Source: a virus
Reading direction: 5' to 3' (one strand)
Virus record (IMG/VR): IMGVR_UViG_3300020048_000003
Length of the DNA: 64,000 bases
In this document: positions 35,303 through 44,715 of the stretch, piece by piece
How positions within the stretch are numbered: position 1 is the stretch's first letter
Layout: each line of letters starts with the position of its first letter
Notes under the pieces: generated by a model
The model's database searches: none
The model's input: only the letters and a program-made list of their open reading frames with translations
Told to the model about the DNA's origin: nothing
Position numbers and translations under genes: made by a program

Positions 35303-35492
35303 TTTTGGGTTGTTGTATGAGTTTAACTATTGATGATTTTGCTGGGCAGGAGAATACAATATCTTGTATTGATGAATTTTCGGTTACTGCATAGAATATA
35401 ACGGAATTACTTTTATATACTATTGTTTTTGCTTCAATTGTAATTCTTTGTATACCTTGTTTAGTATAGATTGATACTTCGTATTTTTTCAT
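35283..35492 (-). CDS. hypothetical small protein (no famB tail)
   Basis: 69-aa ORF within array, beta-rich sequence. Confidence 0.45.
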   Translation of the reverse strand: MKKYEVSIYTKQGIQRITIEAKTIVYKSNSVIFYAVTENSSIQDIVFSCPAKSSIVKLIQQPKNDYGSI

Positions 35493-35505
35493 AGTTTTAT
35501 GGTTT

Positions 35506-35712
35506 TTATGGTTTAATTTCGTCTTTAATGGATAAGTTATTTATTTTTTGTTTTCTTATTAGTTTAATATTAAATGGTATGCAGGGTTGTATATTTTCGT
35601 GATATTTACAAATACCGCTATCACAATTTATTTCTCTCATATGTGGTTTTTTATGTGGACATATTTTGCTTTTACAATTTAAGTCTGGACAAATGAGGTT
35701 ATTTTCTTTCAT
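35506..35712 (-). CDS. Cys-rich famB small protein
   Basis: CPDLNCKSKICPH...CDSGICKYH...IRKQKINNLSIKDEI. Confidence 0.75.
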   Translation of the reverse strand: MKENNLICPDLNCKSKICPHKKPHMREINCDSGICKYHENIQPCIPFNIKLIRKQKINNLSIKDEIKP

Positions 35713-35887
35713 TTAGTATAGTTATTTTATCTTTTCTAAGTTCTTGTATGGTATAGATTCTACATGGAAGTAATATACCTTTGCAATGTCCGTGATAACA
35801 ATTATAATCTTCTTGGTGTGCTATTTTATGTGTACAACTATAGGTTGTACAATTATTAGATTCTGTACATATCATAGTATTTTTCAT
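35699..35887 (-). CDS. Cys-rich famB small protein
   Basis: CTESNNCTTYSCTH...CYHGHC...IQELRKDKITILNE. Confidence 0.75.
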   Translation of the reverse strand: MKNTMICTESNNCTTYSCTHKIAHQEDYNCYHGHCKGILLPCRIYTIQELRKDKITILNERK

Positions 35888-35903
35888 ATATTTTGATCTA
35901 ATA

Positions 35904-36161
35904 TTATTTTTTTTTAAGTTGTTTTAATTTTATTATTCTTAATTCTTGTTTTGTATAGAAGTAGTCTGTTATAGTATGTGCGAAATGTGGTCCGAACCAT
36001 AAGCCTTTTATTGGTATAGAATCTTGTGAATGTTCGTCAGTTAACACATAGCAATTTCCATCGTTTGGTTCTCTATATCCATTAGTACGGATTTCGTATT
36101 TTTGGTTTATTCGGTATATTCTAAAACCTATAAGATTTTTTTTACAAATTAGGTATTTCAT
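35904..36161 (-). CDS. famB small protein
   Basis: MKYLICKKNLIG...DYFYTKQELRIIKLKQLKKK. Confidence 0.85.
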   Translation of the reverse strand: MKYLICKKNLIGFRIYRINQKYEIRTNGYREPNDGNCYVLTDEHSQDSIPIKGLWFGPHFAHTITDYFYTKQELRIIKLKQLKKK

Positions 36162-36426
36162 TTAATTTTTGGAGTTTTATTTTTCTTAATTCTTGTTTTG
36201 TATAGAAGTAGTCTGTTACTTTATTTCCGAATTGTGGTCCGAACCAAAGTCCTTTTGTAACTGCAGGATCGTTAGTATATTCATCTGTTAGCATAAAGCA
36301 GTTCTGTCTAGAAAGTGATTTTTCGTTATTTTGGCTACTAACAAACATTTGTCCGATTTCGTATTCATTACCGGATCTAAATATTCTATCACCAAAAAGT
36401 TCTTTTTTACAAATTAGGTATTTCAT
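36142..36426 (-). CDS. famB small protein
   Basis: MKYLICKKELFG...DYFYTKQELRKIKLQKLNEIPNL. Confidence 0.85.
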   Translation of the reverse strand: MKYLICKKELFGDRIFRSGNEYEIGQMFVSSQNNEKSLSRQNCFMLTDEYTNDPAVTKGLWFGPQFGNKVTDYFYTKQELRKIKLQKLNEIPNL

Positions 36427-36700
36427 TTTGGTAAATTTCGTCTTTAATTGTTAGTTTTAGTAATTTTGCTTTTCTTAGTTCTTGATTGGTAAAATAGAAG
36501 TAATCGTTTATATCTTTTGCATAAAGATTATTGACATTATTACTGAACCACAAACCTTTTATAGTATGTGAATCTTTAGCAAATTCATCAGTTAGTATAA
36601 AAAATCCTGTGTTACTATCTTCTATATAAACTTCATATTCTTTACCGACTCTATATGTTCTATCACCTATTAAATCTTTTTTACAAATCAATGTTTTCAT
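36407..36700 (-). CDS. famB small protein
   Basis: MKTLICKKDLIG...DYFYFTNQELRKAKLLKLTIKDEI. Confidence 0.85.
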   Translation of the reverse strand: MKTLICKKDLIGDRTYRVGKEYEVYIEDSNTGFFILTDEFAKDSHTIKGLWFSNNVNNLYAKDINDYFYFTNQELRKAKLLKLTIKDEIYQNEIPNL

Positions 36701-36932
36701 TTAGTTTTTTCAATTTTTGTTTTCTAATTTCTTGTGTTGTATAGAAATATCTTTCTTTTTCGTATTTGGTTAGGTAGTATTCTATAGATGGATCAATTAT
36801 TATTAAGGCACCTCCAAATTCGTTTATTGATTTAATTCTATAAAAATTTCCTTTGGTTATCCATTTTGTTCTTTCAAAATTGGTTATCCAGTTTTTATTT
36901 TTTTTACATAGAAGTTGTTCGGGTGTTTTCAT
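36681..36932 (-). CDS. famB small protein
   Basis: RYFYTTQEIRKQKLKKLNENIDL. Confidence 0.8.
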   Translation of the reverse strand: MKTPEQLLCKKNKNWITNFERTKWITKGNFYRIKSINEFGGALIIIDPSIEYYLTKYEKERYFYTTQEIRKQKLKKLNENIDL

Positions 36933-37206
36933 TTAGTTTTTTCAATTTTTGTTTTCTTATTTGTTTGATATCAAATCTATTATGAAAATCTTTTATTTTC
37001 ATTAGAACGTGATAACCTTCTTTTATGTTAATTAGTTCTACATAAGGTATTGTACCTGAACCTTTTGTATTTTCTAAATTTTCAAAAGAGTCAATTTCAA
37101 ATGCTTCGTTTGCTGGAACGTTATGCCATTTATTTTCACCATGAGTTTGGTGCCATCTATATTCTTTAAAGGTATAGACTATATCGTGTATTTTAAATTT
37201 TTTCAT
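36904..37206 (-). CDS. famB protein
   Basis: KFKIHDIVYTF...DIKQIRKQKLKKLNENTR. Confidence 0.8.
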   Translation of the reverse strand: MKKFKIHDIVYTFKEYRWHQTHGENKWHNVPANEAFEIDSFENLENTKGSGTIPYVELINIKEGYHVLMKIKDFHNRFDIKQIRKQKLKKLNENTRTTSM

Positions 37207-37555
37207 TTAATTTAGTTAATTTATCTTTTCTCATTTCTTTAATTCCTGTATAGAAGTGTTTGCTAAAATAATCTTCACCTTTTTTTTTATCTTTTTTCCA
37301 GTTATTCCAGTTTATAGATGATACATTTTTATTTTGAACGGCTGCTGCTGGATTTATTATAAATCTTTCAAAATCTTTTTCAGTAAACATTGTTATAGAG
37401 TTTGGTATATTATCATCGTCAAAATCAAGTATATAGTATGTTTCACCTTTTTTCAAGAATGTATTTGGTTCTTTTTCAAAGATGCGGATTAGCCAGTATC
37501 TGGATAATCCAGCGTAGTCATTTTTCTTACATATAACTGGATCTCCTTTTTTCAT
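37193..37555 (-). CDS. famB protein
   Basis: MKKGDPVICKKND...GIKEMRKDKLTKLNEKI. Confidence 0.8.
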   Translation of the reverse strand: MKKGDPVICKKNDYAGLSRYWLIRIFEKEPNTFLKKGETYYILDFDDDNIPNSITMFTEKDFERFIINPAAAVQNKNVSSINWNNWKKDKKKGEDYFSKHFYTGIKEMRKDKLTKLNEKI

Positions 37556-37809
37556 ATTTCTATTTTTTGTAATTTTTTTAGTTTTTCTTTTCTAAAGTCT
37601 TTTATTGTTTTTGAATCTTCTTTTATTTGTTTTTTCACGAAGAATATATGTATTGTTAAACTAACTGCTGTACATATTAATGATATCCATATATTCCAGA
37701 AGTCTTGTATAAATAGGTTTATCAAGTTACACCAGAAGAAGAACAAATTTGCAAAGAAGAACAGTTTAATAAGTATTGAAAATATTGTTTTTATTATTTT
37801 TTTTATCAT
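37552..37809 (-). CDS. membrane protein with famB tail
   Basis: 2 TM + IKDFRKEKLKKLQKIEI. Confidence 0.6.
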   Translation of the reverse strand: MIKKIIKTIFSILIKLFFFANLFFFWCNLINLFIQDFWNIWISLICTAVSLTIHIFFVKKQIKEDSKTIKDFRKEKLKKLQKIEI

Positions 37810-37907
37810 TATTATGGTTATAATTATATTCTATAAATATAGGGGTAAACTTTTAATAAAAAAAGTTTTTATATATATGAATATAAAAAAAATTGTCTTT
37901 AATAGGT

Positions 37908-38201
37908 ATGAAGCATTTAAAATTATTTGAAGAAACAATCTTAAAGTTTCATATAGGTAATATCGTTAAGGTTACTAAGAATGTACGGTTGGATGAATAT
38001 AATCATATATTCAAAGTAGTAAATGTTAGGACTGATAATGTGAATAATACTTTTATGTATATGATAAAGGATATATCTAGATGTGATGATGGTATATTTT
38101 ATAGTGATTGTTGGGTATTTGATGATGATATTGAATTTGCGACAGTTGAAGATATAGAATTGGATGAGATGAAGGGTAATGCAAAAAAATATAATTTATG
38201 A
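37908..38201 (+). CDS. famA small protein (first of 42-gene array)
   Basis: track ORF 37893; likely start MKHLKLFEE...GNAKKYNL. Confidence 0.75.
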   Translation: MKHLKLFEETILKFHIGNIVKVTKNVRLDEYNHIFKVVNVRTDNVNNTFMYMIKDISRCDDGIFYSDCWVFDDDIEFATVEDIELDEMKGNAKKYNL

Positions 38202-38518
38202 AATATTTGAAAACATTTGAAAGTATTGATGAACCAAAAGAGGGTGATTATATTATTGCTAAATTGCCTAATCATTTGGCTTATAAAGATACTGCTGAGA
38301 TTTTTTGTCATAATAATATAGGTCAAATTATTGGTATTATTTATAATAATATTGATAAACCTATTTATAAGGTTAAGTATGAAAATGTACCTGCTGGACT
38401 TAAAATATCTAATTTAAATAACAATATTAGAGGGTTTTTTAAAAAGGATTTTGAATTGTGGAGTAAAGATAAAGAAGAATTAGAAGCAATGATAGCAGCG
38501 AAAAAATATAATATATGA
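38198..38518 (+). CDS. famA protein
   Basis: MKYLKTFES..EGDYII...NNIGQII...KEELEAMIAAKKYNI. Confidence 0.85.
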   Translation: MKYLKTFESIDEPKEGDYIIAKLPNHLAYKDTAEIFCHNNIGQIIGIIYNNIDKPIYKVKYENVPAGLKISNLNNNIRGFFKKDFELWSKDKEELEAMIAAKKYNI

Positions 38519-38598
38519 GATATATCAAAACATTTGAAAATAGTAATAAAAAAGAAGATTTATTTTTCAAATTAGATGCAAAAAAATACAATTTATGA
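38515..38598 (+). CDS. minimal famA cassette (27 aa: conserved N- and C-termini only)
   Basis: ATG AGA TAT ATC AAA ACA TTT GAA AAT ... GAT GCA AAA AAA TAC AAT TTA TGA = MRYIKTFENSNKKEDLFFKLDAKKYNL*. Confidence 0.5.
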   Translation: MRYIKTFENSNKKEDLFFKLDAKKYNL

Positions 38599-38936
38599 AA
38601 TATATTAAATTATTTGAAAGTGAGGATAAACCAAAGGTTGGTGATTATGTTATTTGTGATGAGTCTGAAGTATATATGTTAGATAATGAGTTGGATATAT
38701 TTTTAAGTAAGAATATTGGTAGGGTAGTTAATTATGATTTTGAAATGAAAAATGAATATATGGTACAATATGAGAATATTCCTAAAAATTTAGAACTTAA
38801 TTATTTTTCTCATGGTGATAGTTATGATGGTGGTTTTAAAAGATGTAGGGAGATGGCAAGAGATGAGATTAAGTTTTGGAATTCGGATAAGGAGACGGTT
38901 GAGGCTGCTCTTAATGCTCAAAAATATAATTTATAA
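38595..38936 (+). CDS. famA protein
   Basis: MKYIKLFES..KVGDYVIC..KNIGRVV...DKETVEAALNAQKYNL. Confidence 0.85.
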   Translation: MKYIKLFESEDKPKVGDYVICDESEVYMLDNELDIFLSKNIGRVVNYDFEMKNEYMVQYENIPKNLELNYFSHGDSYDGGFKRCREMARDEIKFWNSDKETVEAALNAQKYNL

Positions 38937-38938
38937 GA

Positions 38939-39298
38939 ATGAAGATAATGAGGTTTTATGAGAAAATATGGAATAATAAGGTTGAAACACCATATTGTGA
39001 TTATTATATTCCCTATGATGATTTGGTATTAATCAGGTATATTTTTGAAAAATTAGAAATCAATAGTGATTCTATAAATGTGATGATTACTACGATTAAG
39101 GAGTTTAAAGGTGAATTTGAAGGTTTATTTATTTTTTTATATTATGATGGTGATGGTGAATTTTGGTTAAATAGAAAAGATGTAAGTAAGGATGATATTA
39201 ATTGGGTTAGACAATATGAAGAAAAAGAAAATATTGAATATAAAGGTGAGATAAGATTGGAAGATCATGAGATTGAAGCAATAAAATATAATTTATAA
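38939..39298 (+). CDS. famA protein
   Basis: MKIMRFYEKI...HEIEAIKYNL. Confidence 0.8.
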   Translation: MKIMRFYEKIWNNKVETPYCDYYIPYDDLVLIRYIFEKLEINSDSINVMITTIKEFKGEFEGLFIFLYYDGDGEFWLNRKDVSKDDINWVRQYEEKENIEYKGEIRLEDHEIEAIKYNL

Positions 39299-39300
39299 AA

Positions 39301-39615
39301 ATGAAGATAATTAAACCTTATGAGGAATTAGATTTTACAAATTATAAAATTGGTAATTTATACAAATTATATGTTGATGGACATGATAAGGAAAAGAATA
39401 TTGATGTAAGTGGATTAGTGTTTATAGTTAAATTGGAAGTGAAGAGATTTGGTGGAAGTTATGGTCGGATAAGTGGTATTTGTGTTTCACCTGATGAGTA
39501 TAAGGGTCGGTATATGCCAATTAGGGGAGAAGAATTAGTGAAGTTATCTGAGCCTAGTGAAAAAGAAGTAGAAGAATATCATTTTTTAATGAATACAAGA
39601 AAATATAATTTATGA
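39301..39615 (+). CDS. famA protein
   Basis: MKIIKPYEE...FLMNTRKYNL. Confidence 0.75.
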   Translation: MKIIKPYEELDFTNYKIGNLYKLYVDGHDKEKNIDVSGLVFIVKLEVKRFGGSYGRISGICVSPDEYKGRYMPIRGEELVKLSEPSEKEVEEYHFLMNTRKYNL

Positions 39616-40004
39616 AGATAAGGAAAATATATGAAGTAAAATCATTTGCTACTGCGGAGGATGAGAAAAAATTTTTCAGATTCGTAGTAAATCGTTATAT
39701 AACTGATAAGGGTAATTTAAGAGATCCTTATATTACTACTCCTGTGAATAATAAATTTTCTTTTAATTTTGGTTTTTATAAAATTGATGAGAAAATTTTG
39801 AGAGAGGTAATGGAGTTAAAGGATTTTTTTAGTCAGACAATGAACTGTAATTTTACTATAACTTCTGGTGGAAATGAATTTGTAATTATAAGATTTGTAA
39901 CTGAATTTCAATATTTTTTTGATTTTTTGGATATAGAGGATTATAATAAAAAAACTATTGATGAGATATTGGTAGAGTTAGATGCAAAAAAGTACAATTT
40001 ATAA
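39612..40004 (+). CDS. famA protein
   Basis: MKIRKIYEV...LVELDAKKYNL. Confidence 0.75.
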   Translation: MKIRKIYEVKSFATAEDEKKFFRFVVNRYITDKGNLRDPYITTPVNNKFSFNFGFYKIDEKILREVMELKDFFSQTMNCNFTITSGGNEFVIIRFVTEFQYFFDFLDIEDYNKKTIDEILVELDAKKYNL

Positions 40005-40005
40005 A

Positions 40006-40347
40006 ATGAAGATAATGAAATTTAATGAGAGTGAAAGGTCTGTTATTGGTTGTTATTATGTACCTTATAATGTAGATCAAATTGAGTTAATAAAGAGAGT
40101 TTTAGAGAAACTAGATATTACTAATGCGAAAAGAATAATTAATCAAATGAGTGAATATCCTAATTGGAGAGGTTTTTATCTTTTTGTAAGTAAAATACTT
40201 GGTCAGAAAGATGGTAGTTTTTGGATAATAAGAGATGATCATGATCTGCTTGAATGGAAAAAACATATTACTAAAGATAAAATTGAGTATTTGGGAGAGT
40301 ATGAATTGGATGAACATGAAATTTCTGCGATAAAATATAATTTATAA
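40006..40347 (+). CDS. famA protein
   Basis: track ORF 39982 overlaps upstream gene; likely start MKIMKFNES...HEISAIKYNL. Confidence 0.75.
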   Translation: MKIMKFNESERSVIGCYYVPYNVDQIELIKRVLEKLDITNAKRIINQMSEYPNWRGFYLFVSKILGQKDGSFWIIRDDHDLLEWKKHITKDKIEYLGEYELDEHEISAIKYNL

Positions 40348-40751
40348 TGATAACGAAATATAAGATATTTGAGAGTAAGAATAGGGATTTAATAAGTAAT
40401 TTACAAAGTTATTTACAGAATAAACTTTGGGTTGATATTAAATTTAAGGAAGGTGCAGAAAAGTTGAGTTCTAAATTTAATGATATTTATTCTGGTGATC
40501 AGTCTATTATACCAGGTAAGACATATAAGTTAGCGATCTCAAAGAGGGAGGGAATAGAAGGTTGGTTTATAATATCTGGTGAGTATAAAGTTAATAGTCA
40601 AGAAGAGAAAGAAAGATTAGATGTAAGAGATGTTGCAAGTTATGCTTTATTATATTCACCATATCAATTTTTACAATTATTAAAATATGTTGACAAAGAA
40701 TATTTAGAAAATCTAAAAATGATGTCAGATGTAGAAAAATACAATTTATAA
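40347..40751 (+). CDS. famA protein
   Basis: MITKYKIFES...MSDVEKYNL. Confidence 0.75.
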   Translation: MITKYKIFESKNRDLISNLQSYLQNKLWVDIKFKEGAEKLSSKFNDIYSGDQSIIPGKTYKLAISKREGIEGWFIISGEYKVNSQEEKERLDVRDVASYALLYSPYQFLQLLKYVDKEYLENLKMMSDVEKYNL

Positions 40752-40753
40752 AT

Positions 40754-41140
40754 ATGAAACACATAAAAAAATTTGAAGCGTCATCAGCAAGTCTTTCTTC
40801 TGAATTTCTAGGTGATTATACGCCTGATAGGTATTGGAAGATTAGTTTATCTAGTCCAGAGTATGAAATAAGTATAAATAAGGTTGTAAAAAATGAAAAT
40901 TATAAAAAGAATTATTTGACTAAATTAGTTTTATTAAAGGGGTTATATCCAGATTCTAAATATTTTTATTTATTGGAGGATAATGGAACAGCAGAGTATG
41001 GTTCGGATAAAATTACTATATCTTATCACAATTCAAAAACACCATATGGTAATGCTGCTTTTATGGGTAAAGTTGAAGTTACAAAGGAGGAGATTGATGA
41101 GTGGTGGTTGGAACATGATATGGAAAAATATAATTTATAA
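40754..41140 (+). CDS. famA protein
   Basis: MKHIKKFEAS...LEHDMEKYNL. Confidence 0.8.
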   Translation: MKHIKKFEASSASLSSEFLGDYTPDRYWKISLSSPEYEISINKVVKNENYKKNYLTKLVLLKGLYPDSKYFYLLEDNGTAEYGSDKITISYHNSKTPYGNAAFMGKVEVTKEEIDEWWLEHDMEKYNL

Positions 41141-41166
41141 GATGAAGTATATAAAAAAATAAAAAT

Positions 41167-41433
41167 ATGAGAAATTATAAGAGTTTTATTGAGGAAGAGA
41201 TAGAGAAATTAAGTGTAGGTGATTTGGTTCTTGATGTTGCAAATAAGCCAACATTATTTTTTATTGATAAAATTTTCAATTCTCCTAGTGATGGTATTCG
41301 TTATGGTTTAAATTATGCGAGTTATCCTGATTTTTTTCACAGATGGTGTCATAAAGAAGATTTAATTAAGCCAAGTCAGGATCAGCTAGATGAATGGAAA
41401 ATGAAAAAAGATGCAGAAAAATATAATTTATAA
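41167..41433 (+). CDS. famA small protein
   Basis: MRNYKSFIEE..VGDLVL...MKKDAEKYNL. Confidence 0.75.
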   Translation: MRNYKSFIEEEIEKLSVGDLVLDVANKPTLFFIDKIFNSPSDGIRYGLNYASYPDFFHRWCHKEDLIKPSQDQLDEWKMKKDAEKYNL

Positions 41434-41434
41434 G

Positions 41435-41716
41435 ATGAAGTATATTAAGAAGTTTGAAAGTGAAGATAACACAGAAAATGCTAAAATTGGTGATTTAGTA
41501 AAATTTACAGTTGATAAAACATATTTTGGTGGTAAGTTAAATATTAATTCTTTAAATAATTTATGGAAAATTACAAAAATTGATTATTGGTTACTGAATT
41601 CTGAAACGGTTTATCAGTTAACAGATTTAAAATCTACTGGATATTATAAAGCGTTGAGACATGAATTTAAGTTAATACCTGATTATGAGATAGATGCAGA
41701 AAAATATAATTTATAA
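41435..41716 (+). CDS. famA small protein
   Basis: likely start MKYIKKFES..KIGDLVK...PDYEIDAEKYNL. Confidence 0.8.
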   Translation: MKYIKKFESEDNTENAKIGDLVKFTVDKTYFGGKLNINSLNNLWKITKIDYWLLNSETVYQLTDLKSTGYYKALRHEFKLIPDYEIDAEKYNL

Positions 41717-41717
41717 G

Positions 41718-42062
41718 ATGAAGTTTATTAAACAATATGAATATACATATAAGCGTAGAGTTAATCACAAAAAGTATGTGATAGCAAAAGAAATAATATC
41801 AAAAGAAAAGAGATATGATTATTGCATTTATAAAATAGATCCATACATAAATAGTACCGAATATTATATTACAATAACAAGGGTGATGTTTTTTGATAAA
41901 GATTGTAAAGAAATTAAAAAACCTAAAACATCAGATAAAGTTAAAGATAGTTATTGGATATTTGATAAAGAAATTAATACATATTATTATGAAACTGATA
42001 CTTTAAATGATGCTATAGAACATTTAGAATTATCATTTGCTGGAAATAAATACAATTTATAA
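41718..42062 (+). CDS. famA protein
   Basis: likely start MKFIKQYEY...LSFAGNKYNL. Confidence 0.75.
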   Translation: MKFIKQYEYTYKRRVNHKKYVIAKEIISKEKRYDYCIYKIDPYINSTEYYITITRVMFFDKDCKEIKKPKTSDKVKDSYWIFDKEINTYYYETDTLNDAIEHLELSFAGNKYNL

Positions 42063-42170
42063 TGAAGTATATTAAAGAATTTGAGGCGAGGAAGGCTATT
42101 TTATACCAAGTAATGTAAAAAAGATTGTTGATGAGATTAATATGAATACGGATGCAAATAAATATAATTT
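42063..42170 (+). pseudogene. degenerate famA cassette
   Basis: ATGAAGTATATTAAAGAATTTGAG start, stop after 18 codons, C-terminal ...DANKYNL remnant retained. Confidence 0.5.
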
Positions 42171-42512
42171 ATGATAACTAAATTTAGAATATTTGAGAGT
42201 AATGAAGATGAGCCTGAAGTGGGTGATTATGTTATTTGTTATGAAGATGGACCAGTTCGTGATACTAGGATAAATACTTTTTTACTTGATAATATTGGTC
42301 AAATAATAGAAATAGATAATGAAGATGAACAGGAAAAATGGAAATTTTTGGTACAATTTGAAAATTTTTCAGATACTTATGTAAAAGCACATTATTTTAA
42401 TGATTATAATAAAGATGGTTGTAGGAAAATGTCAAAAGATGATATTAAATTTTGGAATTCAGATAGAAATATGTTAGAGGCAATAATTATCGCGAAAAAA
42501 TATAATTTATGA
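42171..42512 (+). CDS. famA protein (MITKFRIFES subtype)
   Basis: EVGDYVIC...DNIGQII...KDGCRKMSKDDIKFWNSDRNMLEAIIIAKKYNL. Confidence 0.85.
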   Translation: MITKFRIFESNEDEPEVGDYVICYEDGPVRDTRINTFLLDNIGQIIEIDNEDEQEKWKFLVQFENFSDTYVKAHYFNDYNKDGCRKMSKDDIKFWNSDRNMLEAIIIAKKYNL

Positions 42513-42862
42513 TAACTAAATTTAGAATATTTGAAAGTAATGAAGATGAGCCTAAATTAGGTGATTATGTTATTTGTAATGAATCTGAGACAGAGTTTGG
42601 TAGTATTAGTTCAGATAATTATCGTTTTCAGGTAGATGAGTTTTTAAGTAAAAATGTTGGACAAATAATAGAATTAATAGAAGATGATAGATGTGAATTT
42701 TTAGTACAATTTAATAATGTTCCAGATGATATAGCACCAATTTATTTTAATCATGGCAATAAAGATGGTTGTAGAAAAATGTCTAGAAGTGAAATTGAAT
42801 TTTGGAATTCAGATAGAGAAGTTTTAGAAGTAATGGTTGATGCAGAAAAATATAATTTATAA
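42509..42862 (+). CDS. famA protein (close paralog of 42171..42512)
   Basis: identical 45-nt start MITKFRIFESNEDEP; ...KDGCRKMSRSEIEFWNSDREVLEVMVDAEKYNL. Confidence 0.85.
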   Translation: MITKFRIFESNEDEPKLGDYVICNESETEFGSISSDNYRFQVDEFLSKNVGQIIELIEDDRCEFLVQFNNVPDDIAPIYFNHGNKDGCRKMSRSEIEFWNSDREVLEVMVDAEKYNL

Positions 42863-43197
42863 TGAGATATATTAAGAAATTTGAAAGTAATAATTCTTTA
42901 ACTAATTTAAGGATTGGTGATATTGTTGTGTGTATTCAAAAAGATGGAATTAATAGTTTTACATTAGAGAATGGTGAAAGTTATAAAATTGAGCGAATTC
43001 TAAAAATGAGAGATGATGAAAGAAAATTAGATGATGTTGAGAAAATTTCTGATTATAGTATTGAAAAATATTATTTTACTCTTTATGATATGGATGGTGG
43101 ATTATTATTGGATTCTGGAAAAGTAGGTGCTTTACTATTTCAGGCTATAAGGTTTACAACTGAATATGAGTATAGTGCAAATAAATATAATTTATGA
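42862..43197 (+). CDS. famA protein
   Basis: MRYIKKFES..RIGDIVVC...YEYSANKYNL. Confidence 0.8.
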   Translation: MRYIKKFESNNSLTNLRIGDIVVCIQKDGINSFTLENGESYKIERILKMRDDERKLDDVEKISDYSIEKYYFTLYDMDGGLLLDSGKVGALLFQAIRFTTEYEYSANKYNL

Positions 43198-43490
43198 AAT
43201 TTCTAAAATCATTTGAACATATATTAACTACTAAATATCACTCATATTATATGAGGTTTAAGGTTGGTGATTATGTTATTCGTAAAGATGTTAATCAAAG
43301 GTTTTATCCAGAAGAAATACTTTATATATATGATATTGATCCACAGGACACAGAATTAACATATAGAATGAGAGATATTAGAATTTCGGAAAAGGATTTT
43401 AATCCAAAATATGATACACATTTTAGTAATGGTAAAGATATAAGATTAGCAACGGATGAGGAGTTGTACGTGGTAAAATATAATTTATAA
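43194..43490 (+). CDS. famA small protein
   Basis: MKFLKSFEH..KVGDYVI...EELYVVKYNL. Confidence 0.8.
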   Translation: MKFLKSFEHILTTKYHSYYMRFKVGDYVIRKDVNQRFYPEEILYIYDIDPQDTELTYRMRDIRISEKDFNPKYDTHFSNGKDIRLATDEELYVVKYNL

Positions 43491-43491
43491 G

Positions 43492-43794
43492 ATGATAATA
43501 AAAACTTTTGAAAAATATACAAGTGATGATTTTAAATCATATATTATTTGGAAAGGTAAAAAAATATTTATGATATTATCTGTGATACAGGTCACTGAAA
43601 ATCATTTAAAATTTAAAAAATTATATAATTATTATGGTAATGGTAAAATTGAAAAAATAAGAGATGAACAAGCAATGAGCATTTATCATAATTATGATCA
43701 AATAAAAAGACATATCGTATACGAAAGTGATAATTTACAAGATTGTATTGATATGCTATCAGATATAGATATTGCAATAAAATATAATTTATAA
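43492..43794 (+). CDS. famA small protein
   Basis: MIIKTFEKY...DIDIAIKYNL. Confidence 0.75.
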   Translation: MIIKTFEKYTSDDFKSYIIWKGKKIFMILSVIQVTENHLKFKKLYNYYGNGKIEKIRDEQAMSIYHNYDQIKRHIVYESDNLQDCIDMLSDIDIAIKYNL

Positions 43795-43798
43795 ATTT

Positions 43799-44299
43799 AT
43801 GAATCATATAAAATTATTTGAAAATTTCAACAAATACAATATAGATGATATGATTATTGTGACTAATAAAAAATTAGGTCTTGATAATAGGCTGGTTGTT
43901 ATAGATTCCATGTTGAAAAATAGAAATGGTGTTGAGTTTAAAGTTTGGAATGCATCAAAAGATTGTAAAGATGAAGAGTTTACAATATCAGAAAATGATA
44001 TAGTTAAAAAAATGCCATCTTATAAAAAAGGTGATTATATTTTATTAAAAGATTATTTTACTGGTAAACCAAAGCCAATGATAATGTCTGTACACATAGA
44101 ATGTGGTTTATTTGAAATGTGTGATTTAGAAGGATTTCTATTTCAGTACCAAAAGGAAAATAATGTAGAAGAGTTAGAATGGGTTGAAGAACCTTATTAC
44201 AATATAATTAGAAAGATGACTAAACGAGATTTAGAGAAATATAAATCCATAATAGAAGAATATCATCTAAAAAAAGATTCAAATAAATACAATTTATGA
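43799..44299 (+). CDS. famA protein (166 aa)
   Basis: MNHIKLFENF...KKGDYIL...KKDSNKYNL. Confidence 0.8.
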   Translation: MNHIKLFENFNKYNIDDMIIVTNKKLGLDNRLVVIDSMLKNRNGVEFKVWNASKDCKDEEFTISENDIVKKMPSYKKGDYILLKDYFTGKPKPMIMSVHIECGLFEMCDLEGFLFQYQKENNVEELEWVEEPYYNIIRKMTKRDLEKYKSIIEEYHLKKDSNKYNL

Positions 44300-44715
44300 G
44301 AAATTATAATGAATTTATAAATGAGCAAAAAATAATATCACTAAAATATTTTGGTGATGAGCCATTTACATTTACAATAAAAAAGTTCATTGGAGTAGAT
44401 CCTAATCAAAAATTAGAAAAATTTATTAAAAAGTTAAGAGAATATTTTGATTATGAGGATTGTAATAGAATTAAAAAATATATTCTTCTTGAACCTCAAT
44501 ATTCTATACAATTTTGGTTATATGAAACTGCGGGTAATGCAGGTTCAAGAAGAACAACAGCAAAATTTCAGACGAAATATTATAATATATGGGGATCAAG
44601 GAATAATAAAAATGGTGAAAATAGTTATACCTTAGATGAATTTTTAGAACTTGGAATAGAAGGTATAAAAGAAGATATTGAAGCAAAAGAAGCAGCAAAT
44701 AAATATAATTTATGA
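44296..44715 (+). CDS. famA protein
   Basis: MRNYNEFINE...KEAANKYNL. Confidence 0.75.
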   Translation: MRNYNEFINEQKIISLKYFGDEPFTFTIKKFIGVDPNQKLEKFIKKLREYFDYEDCNRIKKYILLEPQYSIQFWLYETAGNAGSRRTTAKFQTKYYNIWGSRNNKNGENSYTLDEFLELGIEGIKEDIEAKEAANKYNL

